DNA of 64,000 nucleotides from Tubulanus polymorphus (lineage: Eukaryota; Animalia; Nemertea): NCBI RefSeq assembly GCF_964204645.1, contig NC_134032.1, forward strand, positions 6,684,275 to 6,748,274, read 5' to 3'. The notes below the pieces were generated by a model that saw only the letters and a list, made by a program, of their open reading frames with translations, did no database searches and was not told the DNA's origin. Shown here one piece after another: positions 11,177 to 58,441 of the stretch (position 1 is its first letter; each line of letters begins with the position of its first letter). The position numbers and the translations under genes are program-made.

Positions 11177-12414
11177 TATACCTCGTGACACATCAGTTGA
11201 TAATATATTGTAGACTCTAAATTAGTAACATTAGTAACAAGTACGTACGTACATACATATCCATCATTGATTCATTGCGCATTTTGCATCATGTACGGAC
11301 GTACATTGAGAAAACCTGGCGGTAGACGGGGTTGGCGGTAAATGGGAGGGCGGTATATCGGTGGTTCACTGTATATTTGATTCAATCGTGCCCACGTGGA
11401 ATGGGGAACGGGGAATTCTGCGTTAACTATGACGAATGAGTTTCCCTTTTATCATGGAATAATGCAATACGTACGTCTTTTTCGTTCTTTTTACTGCGGT
11501 TGAAATATGAAATGATACGGTTGTTTTGATATGTTGAAACACGCTCATTAACTCTCAGCCGTACCATCAGTCATCGTTACTGCTGGTGACGTGATCATTT
11601 CCGTTATTGGATACTAAAATTGCCATTGGAGCAGAGAACATTATTGCATGTTTCTGCGTCCGTTTCCCATATTTCAAACACGTGGGTACAGCTTCATGAA
11701 AAAATTTAGCTTTCTAAAATACATTCAAAACAAAGGGGCTATAGCAATAAACCATTTTTACAGTGCAAGCCGCCATTCTGTTAGGTTACTTCTACTCCGC
11801 AAGTTGGGTGTTTTTTCGAGTTTATTTGTTTTTTTTTTGTTTTTTTGAAAACTCGCATTTTTTCATATTTCACCGGTCATTAGACGGATCTAAACAACTT
11901 CAGCAACGTGTGGTTTTCAATTGTAAACTCAATATCACAAATTTCAAACAATACGACATGGCAGCGATATGAAAATAAAGACGCACGTTTGTTAATTACG
12001 AAAATCATTTAAAGATTTAGATTTTTTGTCGATAACATCTCGTCAGTAAATGGGAAAAAATCATTTAGGCCTAAATCCCTATCGATTTTCTGACGAGTTA
12101 TATGAAAAAATATCCGAATTCTTTTCTTCATTCATAAATCAAAACAATTTTTTCTCATGTTCCCAGGACGCTTCCGTATAGTAAAGAACATTTGGATGTA
12201 GATTTGGCGGTTTGATTCAGCTTATCAATTAAGACTGTATAAAAAGGGGTTCCGGAATTTGAAATGAACATTCTCTTGGTTTGCTCCAAGTGTAACCTAT
12301 TAAAATAATCTATTGGACGTATAAACTACATTAGGCCCAAGGGTAGGATACGGAGTAATAGTGCAAGGGTGTAGTGAATGGATTCGGTTCTTCATTTTGA
12401 CGTGATTCGAAGAC

Positions 12415-13190
12415 CCACCGACTGTACACGGGTTACATGGTATCCTGGATGACTGGATGACTGGTCGACTGCTTGAATGGAAGACTGGATCACTGGATGA
12501 CCGAGTGACTGGATATAGTTCGACTTGCCGACTGGTTGACTGAATGGCTTGATGACTGGATCAATATGTCTGGATCCCTGGATGACTGGTCGACTGAATG
12601 ACATTTTATATCCCCATGTCAACCATTTCCATCATCTTTACAATCAACTTGTTCAGCATCACCATCACCTCCAGCATCAATACCACAATCATCGTCATCT
12701 CCTTCACCAGCGCCATCACCTCAAGCATCACCAACACAATCACCACCTTCTCCAGCATCACAATCTCCACCATCACCATCACCACCATCTTCATAATCAC
12801 CAGTATTTACCATCTCCAGCATCACCACATAGCAATCTCCAGCATCACTGTCTTAATCACCACCGTCTCCACCATCTGCTCCATCACCTTCTCCAGGGGC
12901 AGAACCACCATCTCCACCATCACTTCAATTTCCACCATCATCAACATCTCGACTATCACTGACTTCACCAACATCGTCATCCCCACCATCACCATCATCA
13001 CTAACACACCGTTACCTCCAAAACAATAATCACCTTCTTCAGCATCACTTTCACCATCTTCACCATCACCTCAAGTGTCATCATCACCCTCTCTATCACA
13101 TCATCACCACCACCACCACCACCACCACCACCACCACCACCATCTTCATCACTTTCTCCAGCATGACCATCATCGCCATCTCTACTTCAC
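12415..13190. repeat. Degenerate GACTG-like repeats followed by a (CAT/CAC)n triplet low-complexity tract
   Basis: Visible tandem catcac/caccac; pure (CAC)n near 13105-13140. Confidence 0.9.
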
Positions 13191-13319
13191 ATAACGCACC
13201 ATTCATTCGGTCGGTTGGTCATCCAGTCGACCGTAATTCGGATCAATATAAATATGTCTTCGTTCAGTTAACCTGAGTAATTGCAAAATCAGGGTAACCT
13301 TATTCTAACGAATCATTAA

Positions 13320-13545
13320 TATTTTGCCTCCTCGTTTTGTCCTCGTTTTTAATTTGAAAAAAAACATTGATATTTTACTCCTCGTTTTGTCCTCATTTTT
13401 GATTTCGAAATTATCATTGATATTTTTACCCTTCGTTTTGTCCTCATTTTTAATCTAAAAAAAAATCATTACTATTTTAACTCCTCATTTTGTCCTCATT
13501 TCTGATTAAAATCTAAAATATCTTTTATCCTCGTTTTGTCATTTT
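13320..13545. repeat. Minisatellite, about 55-60 bp unit (cctcgttttgtcctcattttt)
   Basis: 4-5 recurrences of the core. Confidence 0.8.
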
Positions 13546-15227
13546 TTAACTGTGTAAAATAAGACAATTTTCAAAAAATTTAAATTTTCAAACTTATTTT
13601 TTATTTCATTATGATTTTTATGGTTTTTCAAACTATTTATTCAACAATTTCTAAATGATCAAAGCCATCTTCATTTTTTTCCATGAAAAATTATTTCATT
13701 ACCTTCAAAATCTTTTAATTTCATCATCATTCAATGTAGCCCATTTATCGGGCAGAAATACCCTAAATTCAAGGGCTGTGTTCACACTACAATAACTTAA
13801 ATTTGCTGTTATATTTTCACCACATTAAGTTTTTATTTTTTTCTAACTTTGATATTTTATGATCGATTTCTTGTGAAATATCAACTAATTTTTGTATTAG
13901 CATTGGTTGACGTCTATGACGTCATGCCAATGCTAGTAAAATGGATCGAATATAGTACGTAGTACGATAGCGTCGACTCATTTTCATAGTAACTTCGAAT
14001 TGTCACTCCGTTCACGTACAACATTTGAAACAGCTGAAAATGACTCAAAATAATGTTTCAATTATTCCCCACTAGCGTCGCCAGATTTCCTCTTTTAAAT
14101 ACAAAACATAAATTGATGTAACCCCGGATACATAAATATCGTGTTTAGATATCACTGCTTTTCCTCCTATCAGAATCAATTAATTGGGATTTATTCTCAA
14201 CGGCAGAATACGTATTTCTAGAGCAGTGGAACGGTAGGCCTACTCATGACTGAAGAGCTCAGATCACTATTCCAAAATCTTCTATATCCTATAGTAAAAA
14301 CAAGAAATTCGAGAGTTTAGTTAATATATAAGCGCGTAAATTCAGGGGAAATCCTGCTTATGGCTCACAGGCCAGCATCTTAGCTACGCATTGAAGTGGT
14401 TTTCGCCCCACATACCCAACCTAACATTTGAAATAATCAAACCTTTAGAAAGGAGGGGTATCCCAGTACAGGGTATGCCAGTACATCCAAGCTTAATACA
14501 GAAGGGAATGCCCCACCGTGTTTGGTACCCTTACGCCAAGCAAAAAAGGCCCAGGAAATCCATTATTTCATCATCAATCTGTCTCTCAGGACTAATGGAT
14601 TTCATACATATAACCGCCGAAATTCGTTACCTATCCCATTTGCCGAAATTATGGCAAGATTTATGGAGGACCTCTTCTTCACTCTGGGTACTATTTTTGG
14701 GTCCGGTCCGGCCCTACACATTTTCGGGCTACTTACCTAATTGTGGTCTGATGCCTGAAACCCAGGTAAGTTATGTGATCGTGTGGGAACGCTTTTACTA
14801 ATGTTTAAACCATTTCATGATGACACGAAAGATCACACGGTAACCGGGTAGGCTACCATGATACCTATCACCATTAAAGATAGATAATTTTTTTTGTTCA
14901 ATTTAACCAGAGTTGTTTATTGGAGGAAAATATCATTGTTAAGTACGCTGAGAACAACCATGTTGTATCATCAATCAGTTGACTGACAGTCTATTGTAAA
15001 ATTCCATCGGTTCGGCAATATTCTAAGGTAAGTTTTCACTTTAAAGTGCCCTGCCCGCCTCCTTCCACTCACGAGGCGGTAGCAGTCCGTTATGCACTCG
15101 GCAGATGGATTCGCTTTGTAATGCGCGCCGGAAAAAAACAACTCTTATTATCTTTTCCATGCGTTGAACACAACAGTGATTGAATTTACACGTTGTCCGT
15201 CGTAAATTGCAATTGGAATTGAATCGA

Positions 15228-15339
15228 GCGGCCTCGGTAGCTCAGTCAGTGAGATAAGGCGCGATGCTGTTGAATCCACTATCAAATCAGTGCTGAGTGA
15301 CACCAGGACACGTGGGTTCGAGTCCTGCTGCTGGCTGCT
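15228..15339 (+). mobile_element. tRNA-derived repeat (SINE head-like), family A
   Basis: gcggcc...ggctgc acceptor-like stem, A box TAGCTCAG, B box GGTTCGAGTCC; homologues at 31531-31578 and 49649-49742. Confidence 0.6.
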
Positions 15340-15767
15340 TACACTACAGTGTGCGAGCAACACTTCAAAGGCCGTCGCGTCGTGAGGTTGATGAAAAACC
15401 AATAGGGTTAGTCTTGGGAAACCAAACGACGCAAAGCCAAACAATCATCAGCCTCCCTCTCAGTGACACCAACGCCGGCATCGCTCCCTGTGCGACGTTT
15501 TGCATGCGTACATTTGACCGGTTCATCTACATGATGCATCATCAGAGGATCTTGCATTCAGAAATCGTTCTGTTTTTATTTTCATTATTCAGTAGGGCCT
15601 AACAGTTCATGCAAAAAACCACAGACAGTCGAGATTACCCTTACAGTTGTACACCGTTGATACGAATCTCGTGTAGGGGAAAGTGCCGAAATTGTTGTAT
15701 CAAATGGCCATTTATAGGGCCTATCCAAATCCTGATTAATATAGATATCTTTGCTAGGATATGATGG

Positions 15768-16098
15768 AAAAAATCTCACTGAGAACCTTAGAGTCAGTGG
15801 TATATCGCTATCGCACTTTAACCACTCAGTACTCGGCAACTACTCATCCGATTTCACTAACGCGACCCCTGGCACTAAGGCGTTAGCGATATACCACTGA
15901 CACTAAGGTTTTCAGTGAATTTTTTAGTAAAACAAAAGCGGTATCAAAATATTTCTAGAGGCAATTTCCAGCCACTTGAACTTCAAATATATTCTTTGGA
16001 GTATAAACAATGAAAAAATGACAACATAAGGTCAGTGTAGGTAGTTTATTTATTGAAATCGGATGAGTAGTTGCTGAGTACTGAGTGGTTAAAGTGCC
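15768..16098. repeat. Interleaved inverted repeats (MITE remnants)
   Basis: 15768-15810 pairs with 15884-15925; 15813-15856 pairs with 16054-16097. Confidence 0.7.
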
Positions 16099-17079
16099 GA
16101 CTGAGCGCCAGTCGGCAATTTCGACGTAAAATAACGACTACGTGACTGGGTGGGTGGTTCACGCGAGCTCTTTAGTATAGGCAGTATACGGAGCTCCGCG
16201 AACCGACCATTCTCAGGACTGGGTGAAGAAAAAATCAGAATAAACTAGTTTCGTCTTTTAACAGAATCGCATTAACGATAAAAATTGCCTAGATGCTAGA
16301 TCGTTCGGCAGAAAAATGAAATTTATTTTCATCATAAATGAAAATTGTACTAACACAGATGACCTTAAGTCCGTGGTCTTCCCTATCAACACCTTACATT
16401 AACCACTTAACACAACACAGTATAATCTACCAATGCTTCAAGGACCATGGGACTCTTGTTTCATATTGTCCGTCTTTTGATGGTTTAATTCTGTTATTTA
16501 TTGATGCTAAGAATGTCTCTCTGTCTCCCATTTATAAGGAAAACAATTATTTGCGCGGGCGAGTCGTACTCTCGACCCCTAGCCTGAAACCCTGATTTTA
16601 CAATTAATAATCGGATTTTGCAGTGTTAGCTGACGTGTTACAAAATGTAGTGTGCTTGGTCAGTGGTTATACGCGGCTTGTCGGCATAGTACGCGGTTAC
16701 GCGAATGCTGCAATAACGTTGCGACTACTTTTCCACAAAACCTACACCATATGTGAGTCGAGTGCATTTTCAAGAAACTTCTACTGTCAACTCAACCGCG
16801 ATATTTTGAAAGCTGGACATGAGTGAACAGCCTGAAGAATTGACGTTTTGGAATTAGCGGCACATAAGTCATTCTCGGAAAAATGAAGTGAAACTGTAGA
16901 AAGATTTATTGATAAGTCGATGAAATAATTGTGTTTTTTCGCGGATCCGAGCTTGTCAAAAGTCCGAGTGGACTATGTGCGAGTTAAACTGCGTGGCAAG
17001 CTCGCATTCAATGTGTTGACTTTGAAATACCACTTTTATGAATGATCTTCGATAATTCTATTCTCTGTGTGGCGTCATA

Positions 17080-51010
<33,931 letters not shown>

Positions 51011-51873
51011 AAAAATTCTACAATAAATCTAGAAAAAGATTACATATATATATAATGAACTGAGGCAACCAAGAGCAATCATGTTGGATTTTAATCTTAA
51101 TTTCCGATCAGAGTACTAAATCAGGATTTTTGAGAATCGATTAAAGTCTTGATATTTTAACCAATTGAATACTGTTGCTTTCAATTGCTAATTATTGATG
51201 TGAAACACTCTGAATCCATGTTGTAATGATAATCGATATAAAATCCCACAATAAGAAAAAAGAGTCTGAAATGTTTTCTTGAACTAGTAGTTCATTCGAC
51301 GTAGTGACGGGACTTGTCCCTCGGTCATCTTGTGTATTGTAACTAGAGGATGCTGCCTTTCTTGTGAAAATAAAGAACAGTAGGTGATTGTCTTAATATC
51401 TTTTGTCCGCCTTTTGGTTTAGGGTGTTTTGGTGTCTACATACGGAGGATAACTAAACTGCCAGACAGGCAGAATATATACTTCGTTACAGTCATCTTCA
51501 GGAATGCTGATGTTGTCCTTATTACAAATATCGATTAAACACTCCGAGTACGTGTTGTATAGATAATTTTTAATCCTACACTAGAATTAGAGTGTTTCCT
51601 TGAGCTAGAAGTTTATTCAACGTTCCAACTTTATCTTTTAAGACATCTCCATGAATACTGATGTTGTCCTATTATATAATAATATTCAATTAAACGCGGA
51701 GTCGTCAAGGACACCGAAATTTTTACTGGAACTCGTTATCTCCAGTTAAGTAAAATAACTGGAACGATCCCTGATTATACTAAAATCGGTGATTATAATG
51801 TCAGAATGAGGAGAGAATCCCACAATGATAGTAAAAAGTCCGAAAATGAAACTTCGAGATAGTAGTTTATTTC

Positions 51874-51907
51874 AACGTTTCGACTATATCCTAATAGTCA
51901 TCTTCAG
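51874..51907 (-). ncRNA. Minimal hammerhead ribozyme motif (PLE)
   Basis: CTGAAGA-T-gactat/atagtc-GAAACGTT on the minus strand. Confidence 0.65.
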
Positions 51908-53231
51908 GAATAATGAGATACTACAGAAATTATGAGATATATATACAATCCAGAGACAAAGAGACTAATTCAAGTAATCAGAGATGATACAAACTAAAGG
52001 AAAATTAACGTAGAAACAGTTACACGCTAAAATAGATTAAAGGGAAGCAAACTAAGGGGTGATTATAAACAACAATAGTGAGTATAAATATAAATGAAAC
52101 TTAAAGTCAGTAGTAAAAAGAAAGACAAACTAGGGGGCACTTAAATTAAAACAAAGGTGAATACAAGTTAAGTCAGAGACGAAATTGATGAGAGAACAAA
52201 TAACAAATAATCAAAGGGGAAATCAAGTGTTGAGTTTAACCAGTTTACAGAGGAATTTTGATATAAGTTTATTATGGGGTGAAAAACCATTGTTAAGGTT
52301 TACAACGTTGTTCGAATTTTCAATAATTAATGCAGATTCCAAAATATGTCTTCTAGTTTTATCGCTGCAAGGGTAAATTAATTCAGCATTAGCAAAATCA
52401 AAATTGTGTGAAGTCTGAAAAACATGACTAGCAACTCCGCTTTCAGGTTTAAAGTTTTTTACATCTAATTTATGCTCTTTTATGCGTTGATTAAGATTCC
52501 GACCTGTTTCTCCTATATATACTTTGTCGCAAACTTTACAAGGTATTTTATAAATTCCACAGTTTAGGGATTCGGTTTTCGGTTTGTTATTAATCAATAT
52601 GTTACTAAGTTTATTATTGTATTTAAATTTAAGTTGTTTATTTAGTGACCGAAGAGAAACTTTAGAATTCTCGAGGAAAGGTACATACGGTACAATGATA
52701 GGCTGTTTATCGGTAGCCAACGTAGGAGTTCTAAGGTTGTTATTTCTAAACTGTGGAATTTATAAAATACCTTGTAAAGTTTGCGACAAAGTATATATAG
52801 GATCTGCATTAATTATTGAAAATTCGAACAACGTTGTAAACCTTAACAATGGTTTTTCACCTCATAATAAACTTATATCAAAATTCCTCTGTAAACTGGT
52901 TAAACTCAACACTTGATTTCCCCTTTGATTATTTGTTATTTGTTCTCTCATCAATTTCGTCTCTGACTTAACTTGTATTCACCTTTGTTTTAATTTAAGT
53001 GCCCCCTAGTTTGTCTTTCTTTTTACTACTGACTTTAAGTTTCATTTATATTTATACTCACTATTGTTGTTTATAATCACCCCTTAGTTTGCTTCCCTTT
53101 AATCTATTTTGGCGTGTAACTGTTTCTACGTTAATTTTCCTTTAATTTGTATCATCTCTGATTACTTGAATTAGTCTCTTTGTCTCTGGATTGTATATAT
53201 ATCTCATAATTTCTGTAGTATCTCATTATTC

Positions 53232-53266
53232 CTGAAGATGACTATTAGGATATAGTCGAAACGTTG
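53232..53266 (+). ncRNA. Minimal hammerhead ribozyme motif (PLE, mirror copy)
   Basis: CTGAAGA-T-gactat-taggat-atagtc-GAAACGTT. Confidence 0.65.
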
Positions 53267-53399
53267 AAATAAACTACTATCTCGAAGTTTCATTTTCGGA
53301 CTTTTTATTATCATTGTGGGATTCTCTCCTCATCGCGTCAACACGAATATAGTGTTCTACCAATCGTTATAATGTCAGAATTTTCTACGATGATCAAGC

Positions 53400-54970
53400 C
53401 AAAAGTTGTACATTCTGCAAGAGTAGTGATCACCCGTCGTTCAGGTGTAATCAGAGACCACCGAGGCAGAAAAAGTTTTAAATGTGGCGCGCTCGATCAC
53501 ATGCAAAGAGATTGTCCTCAATCTAACACGCTACAACCGAATAAACCTGTCGACAATTCACCGGATAGCGCACCAGAGCTGACCAGTGAACCGGTACCGG
53601 CTAACACGATCGAAAAGCCGGTCTCGAACGTCCTAATAGGTGATTCTAACCTACGAGAAATAGCGGTCCCTCCGACTTTCCAGGTCATCTGTCGCCCCAG
53701 GGAAACTAGCGAGGACATCGACAATCTCCTTGAGCGCGCAGCTTCTGAATATATGTCCCCAGATCCACCGAAAAATGTTATTCTCCACCTGGGAACCAAC
53801 GACGTCTCCAAAAACAAACATGACCCTGACACAATAAAAATGAACTTGTCGACAACAATTGCAAAAGCCTGTGAGCATTAGCCAAACGCTACTATCCATC
53901 TATCTGGGATATTGCCTAATGAGAGCTAATGGCAGAAGTAACGTCAGTAAAACAAAAGATTTCAATGACACTGCTAGATCAGTTAATTCGTACATGAAAA
54001 GGCTTTGTGACATGCAAAACATATGCTTCATAAACCATGACCAATCTTTCATGCCCAATGGACTAATTCAAGATTCACTCTACATCCCATCCGATATGTC
54101 AGGAATTCATCTCAGTAAACAGGGCAAAGATCTCCTCATCAACAACATTGCGAGATCATCTGATGAATACAACGACCTGCCCATTTTTGAGACTCCGAGG
54201 TCCAAACGGAAGACAAGGTCACTATCAGAGACCCCAACTTCTGCAGAGAAGCCGAGTGAAAAGAAAACTAAAAATTGAATCTCAATCTATCGTAATTGTT
54301 AATTGAATTCATTGTTAACTACAAATCAATGCCTAATTTAATAGATGAATTTATAACGGATGATAATCCGCGCAAATACTACGATGTAGAAACTATCAAC
54401 TCTGAGACTCTTCTAAACTGCTCGCCTCACTTAAGTCTAGTACACATTAACTGTCGAAGCTTAACAGCTAATTTCGATAAAACCTCATATTTACTAGATT
54501 CCCTGAATTCATATCCTACGATAATAGCGGTTTCTGAGACTTGGACGAAACCTGAAAATAATAATGACACCTTGTACAACCACCATGCGTATAATAATGT
54601 ATTTTTAAGCGGAGATTACTCTGTCGGTGGTGGTGTCGGTTTTTATATTAAAAAAGATGAAAATTTCAAATTACGATCGGATCTAATCTCCGATGATACG
54701 CATGTATTAGAATGTTTATTTATCGAATTATCCTGTAAAAATAAGAATATGATACTGGGTACGATATATAGACCCCCAGGGACAAAGATTGATAATTTTA
54801 ATACCGAATTTGAGAGAATACTCCAACTTGTTGAAAAGAGCAAAACCTAGTGCTATTTACTAGGAGATAATAACATAAATCTATTAAAGAGTGATCAATG
54901 CCACCAAACCTCAACATTTCTAAACGGAGTCATATCTACAGGATTTAAACCACTCATCCATGTACCTACG
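53400..54970 (+). mobile_element. CR1/L2-group LINE fragment: ORF1 (zinc knuckle and SGNH esterase) plus start of ORF2 (APE)
   Basis: SFKCGALDHMQRDC; LIGDSNLR, ILHLGTND, GIHLSKQG; ORF2 HINCRSL, VSETW, GGGVGFYI, IYRPP, GDNNINLL; frameshift near 53880 and stop at 54850. Confidence 0.9.
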
Positions 54971-55004
54971 GTTCAAGTCCAGTATAGTGTGGAATAGTTT
55001 CCCG

Positions 55005-55370
55005 CTCAAAGATACATTTATAGAAAAGGAGTAATTCGGCTGCGTACTTTTCAAGACAAACCGGCGAACCGACAAATCGAATCCCGATTGTCGACCGATT
55101 CTACTCGTTGACAATGTCTACAATCCTGATTGTGAAAATCAACTGATGGAAGCACGCAGCTCCTCGATCCCAGCCACTTTATATAAGGGTAATCCACGCA
55201 CACACGCAGCCCCTCGATCCCAGCCACTCTCTTTAAGATTGTATAAATATGATTGTAGACATTGTCGACGAGTAAAATCGGTCGACAATCAGGATTGCAG
55301 ACATTTTCGACGAGTAGAATCGGTCGAAAATCGGGGTTGTAGACATTGTCGACGAGTAGAATCGGTCTAA
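55005..55370. repeat. Composite repeat: 42-bp inverted arms enclosing about 48-bp units
   Basis: Shares the 42-bp unit with 26770-27150, and the 48-bp unit and left flank with 62604-63012. Confidence 0.75.
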
Positions 55371-56811
55371 CTAGGTTAGGTCGTGTAGTCAAACAACCCG
55401 CCAGGTATCTAAACACCATTTGGGTAAAATTGGAACCCCCTGATAAGTAATTGTATTTTGTATTCCACGTTATAAAGGCACTGTCGAGCCGTAAACATCG
55501 GAAATTTGGCTCCGTTCAATTAGTAGCCATGCTGTGTTTTTTTTCCGAAATTTCTCTCTTCTTTATGAGGAAGAGCTATCGAATTATTCCCTCTCTTCTC
55601 CACAATCAATTTCAAAGTCAATTTTATGAATTTATTGCTCAGCGGGTCCGAGACCGGTGTTCGCGTGTCTGACAGGTTTACGGGCATTTGTTGGTTACCT
55701 TTTTAATATTTTTGATTTGTTGTTATTCGGGTTATTTCATTTAAGTATATTGCTGATCAGTTCATGTAACCAAAAGCGTCAATAAACAGATTTTGAATTG
55801 ATCAAGTTTAAATCAAGGTCGTTGAGTCGCGGAGGGCTATTAGAATGCAAAAACCGTAATGTTTCCAATGTCTCCGTTTTTAACGCATGCGCATTAGTGA
55901 GTGTTGGGGAAATTCTCTGGGGCAATTTATAATAGCATAGCTATCATATACGGCTCCGCGTCCTCTGATGGCATGTGTATTAGGTGACAATTCAATTCAA
56001 TTCTTTATTGATCCTTATTACATTGAAATTTCGGGATAAAATTCCCAAATTCAATAAATACAAATTTTAAAATAAATTAATACAACATACATGACACACG
56101 GGTAATTCATACAGAACAACATAAGCATGTTATTTTAAATGACAATGTCTACTTCAATCCACCCAGACTCAAGACTCTAGGATATCGAGTGACAGCCAAA
56201 CCCGTGGCCCGGGCCGGCTGGCTAGGCCACACGATATGCTCGAAGTCATGGTGAAGCAGACATCAGAAGAGCTCTTTCTTCAACCATGGAGGCAATGAAG
56301 TTGCAGACCAGCTTAGAGGCATAAGTAAATGAAGTCGGTCGCAAGTTCGCGATCAATTATTGAGAATTTTCAATAAAAAAATTTAAATCACTACTAGAGT
56401 CGAAGACCTGTATCATCTACCCAATCGCCAAATCTCACCATTCCCCAAATTTCTTAAAACTTCGATTTCAAATTTGCAATTCCACATTAGCTTAGCCCAG
56501 AAATTATACATTTTTTTCGCAGGCGTCAAATAATTTTCTAAAATTAATTTTCTTGTTGCTATTAGAATTACGTTCGTCTCAGAGAGAAAACAAACGACAG
56601 AAAAGTATCAGGTGATTATCGATAGCCTACTACGGTACACAGAGTTGACAAACAGTGTTAGGCCTGTGCCGGTTGGTGCGTACTGGGAATAAATATACTG
56701 GTTGGTCAGTTGGTTCGGTTGTGAAGTGTGGAAGCTAAGAAAGCCTACCGCGCACCGGTATTTATTTGTCTGTATAGGCCCATTATATAGTACTCAATAG
56801 CATTTTAAGTA

Positions 56812-57150
56812 CGTAGTTGTTACCTGTACGTGACTGCACGGTGATCTCCACAGGTTAACCGTACGTGAGTTCCCGACTAACGCCGTACGTGAGTTCCTGT
56901 GTAATCTGCAAACACGCGTGCGTAAAAGAACAGTTTGGGTTAGGTGAGGCTAGGCTATTTGTAAATCAAATTTCATCTAACCTGCAGTTACGTTCTGTGG
57001 CACAGTGGGTAAATCACTGGACTACTACTGGATTTTTTTTTCGTTTGGTTTCGAATCCCAATTATAATATTGCATGTCTGAGCGTCAACTTACTCACATA
57101 TGGCTAACCTGTAGTAATCGCCGTACAGTCACATACAGGTAACAACAGCG
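56812..57150. mobile_element. Mutator-like MITE containing a tRNA-like segment
   Basis: 9-bp TSD TTTTAAGTA (56803-56811, 57151-57159), about 60-bp imperfect TIRs; internal TGGCACAGTGG...GGTTTCGAATCCC. Confidence 0.75.
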
Positions 57151-57335
57151 TTTTAAGTATTAAGTGAGTGCGACAAGCCTACCATGCCTATGTGCTACAA
57201 ACACAACTTTTTCCCCTCTCGTCGGCCCTACAGTGATGTTACTAATAACTGGTGCCATTATAACATGGATAGGATTTGGTCAGGACTAGCCTAAAGTCTA
57301 ATTCAGTCTATGTACTAATTCACTCGATAGGCCTA

Positions 57336-58441
57336 TTTTTAGCCCACTTGGGACTTTAGTCCCAGCGGGCTATTGCGTTCACTTTTCGTCCATCCGTCTG
57401 TAGACGGAATCCACTTATTTTGGGAAGTTTTGAAGACGCTTCAATGTAATGTCTTGATATTTGGGTTACACATGTATCTACCCTAGACACATCTTCAGCC
57501 CAAAAACTGGCCCTGTCAGAATCAAGATGGCCGACTGGCAGCCATTGTTGTTCGCCAAAATCAACACTTTTTACACATTTTTGTACTTTTTGAGGGAAAT
57601 TCTGAAGACGCTTTGATCAATTACCTTGATCTTTTGGATGTATGTGAATCCCCCCAGGGCCCATCAGCATAACAAAAATTGGGTTGATCGGACTCAAGAT
57701 GACCGTCCTATGACCTTTTTAGTGCCCAAAAATGTCAATTTTGGCCCGAATTCGGAGTGCTGTAGCTCCCTACTGGTTCGCCATTTCTCATTGCAATTTG
57801 TGATGGGTATTCTTTGAAAAGGGATGTGTTATACCTGAGACAGGTATTTTTGATCAGCCAATTATGACGCAATTGGCGGCCATCTTGGTGTCATAAGCAC
57901 TCATTCGTAGGTGGGAAAAGTTTTTCCACATTATATTGTTGATATTTAAGCATATTTTCTTACCACAATCAATTGGAAAGTTGTAGCTCATGACATGGTT
58001 TATGATTGTGGTGAGTTTGAAGGTCATTGGTTTTTGTATATGGCCACCAGGGGGCATTGAATAATACAATATCTTAGTATTTCTATATTATATTCGTATC
58101 AATGCATATTTTGTAACCACAATCAATTGCAAAGTTGTAGCTCATGACATGATCTATGATTGTGGCAATTTTTAAGGCCAATAGTTATTCTATATGGTCA
58201 CCAGGGGGCGTTGAATAGTAGAATAACTTAGTATTTCCTTATTATATTGGTACCTAGGCATATTTTGTTACCATGATCAATTACAAAGTTATAGTTCGTG
58301 ACATGTTCTATGATTGTGGTGAGTTTCAAGGTCAGTGGGTTTTGTCTATGGTCACCAGGGGCGTTGAATATTGAAATTGTTAGATTGTTGAGCATTCGGA
58401 ACCACTTCCCAAGTGGGCATGGTGTCCCTGGACCCCTAGTT
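57336..58441 (+). mobile_element. Non-autonomous Helentron-associated (HINE-like) element
   Basis: subTIRs gcccacttggga/tcccaagtgggc, ccgt microsatellite, internal tandem cores (caccagggggc), 3' hairpin plus CTAG. Confidence 0.75.

Larger units (their letters stand above)
51806..53333. mobile_element. Penelope-like element 3' end (GIY-YIG) in an inverted-duplicated configuration
   Basis: GIYKIPCKVCDKVYIGETGRNLNQRIKEH (52223-52720, minus); 51806-52336 is inverted at 52803-53333; TSD-like ttataatgtcagaa at 51793-51806 and 53367-53380. Confidence 0.92.

Noticed and set aside
12549-13029. His-rich, Thr/Ile-rich and Met/Val-rich ORFs
   Set aside because: Translations of a CAT/CAC triplet repeat, open in several frames on both strands
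15228-15339. Functional tRNA gene
   Set aside because: No canonical anticodon arm; copies are divergent, so treated as a tRNA-derived repeat
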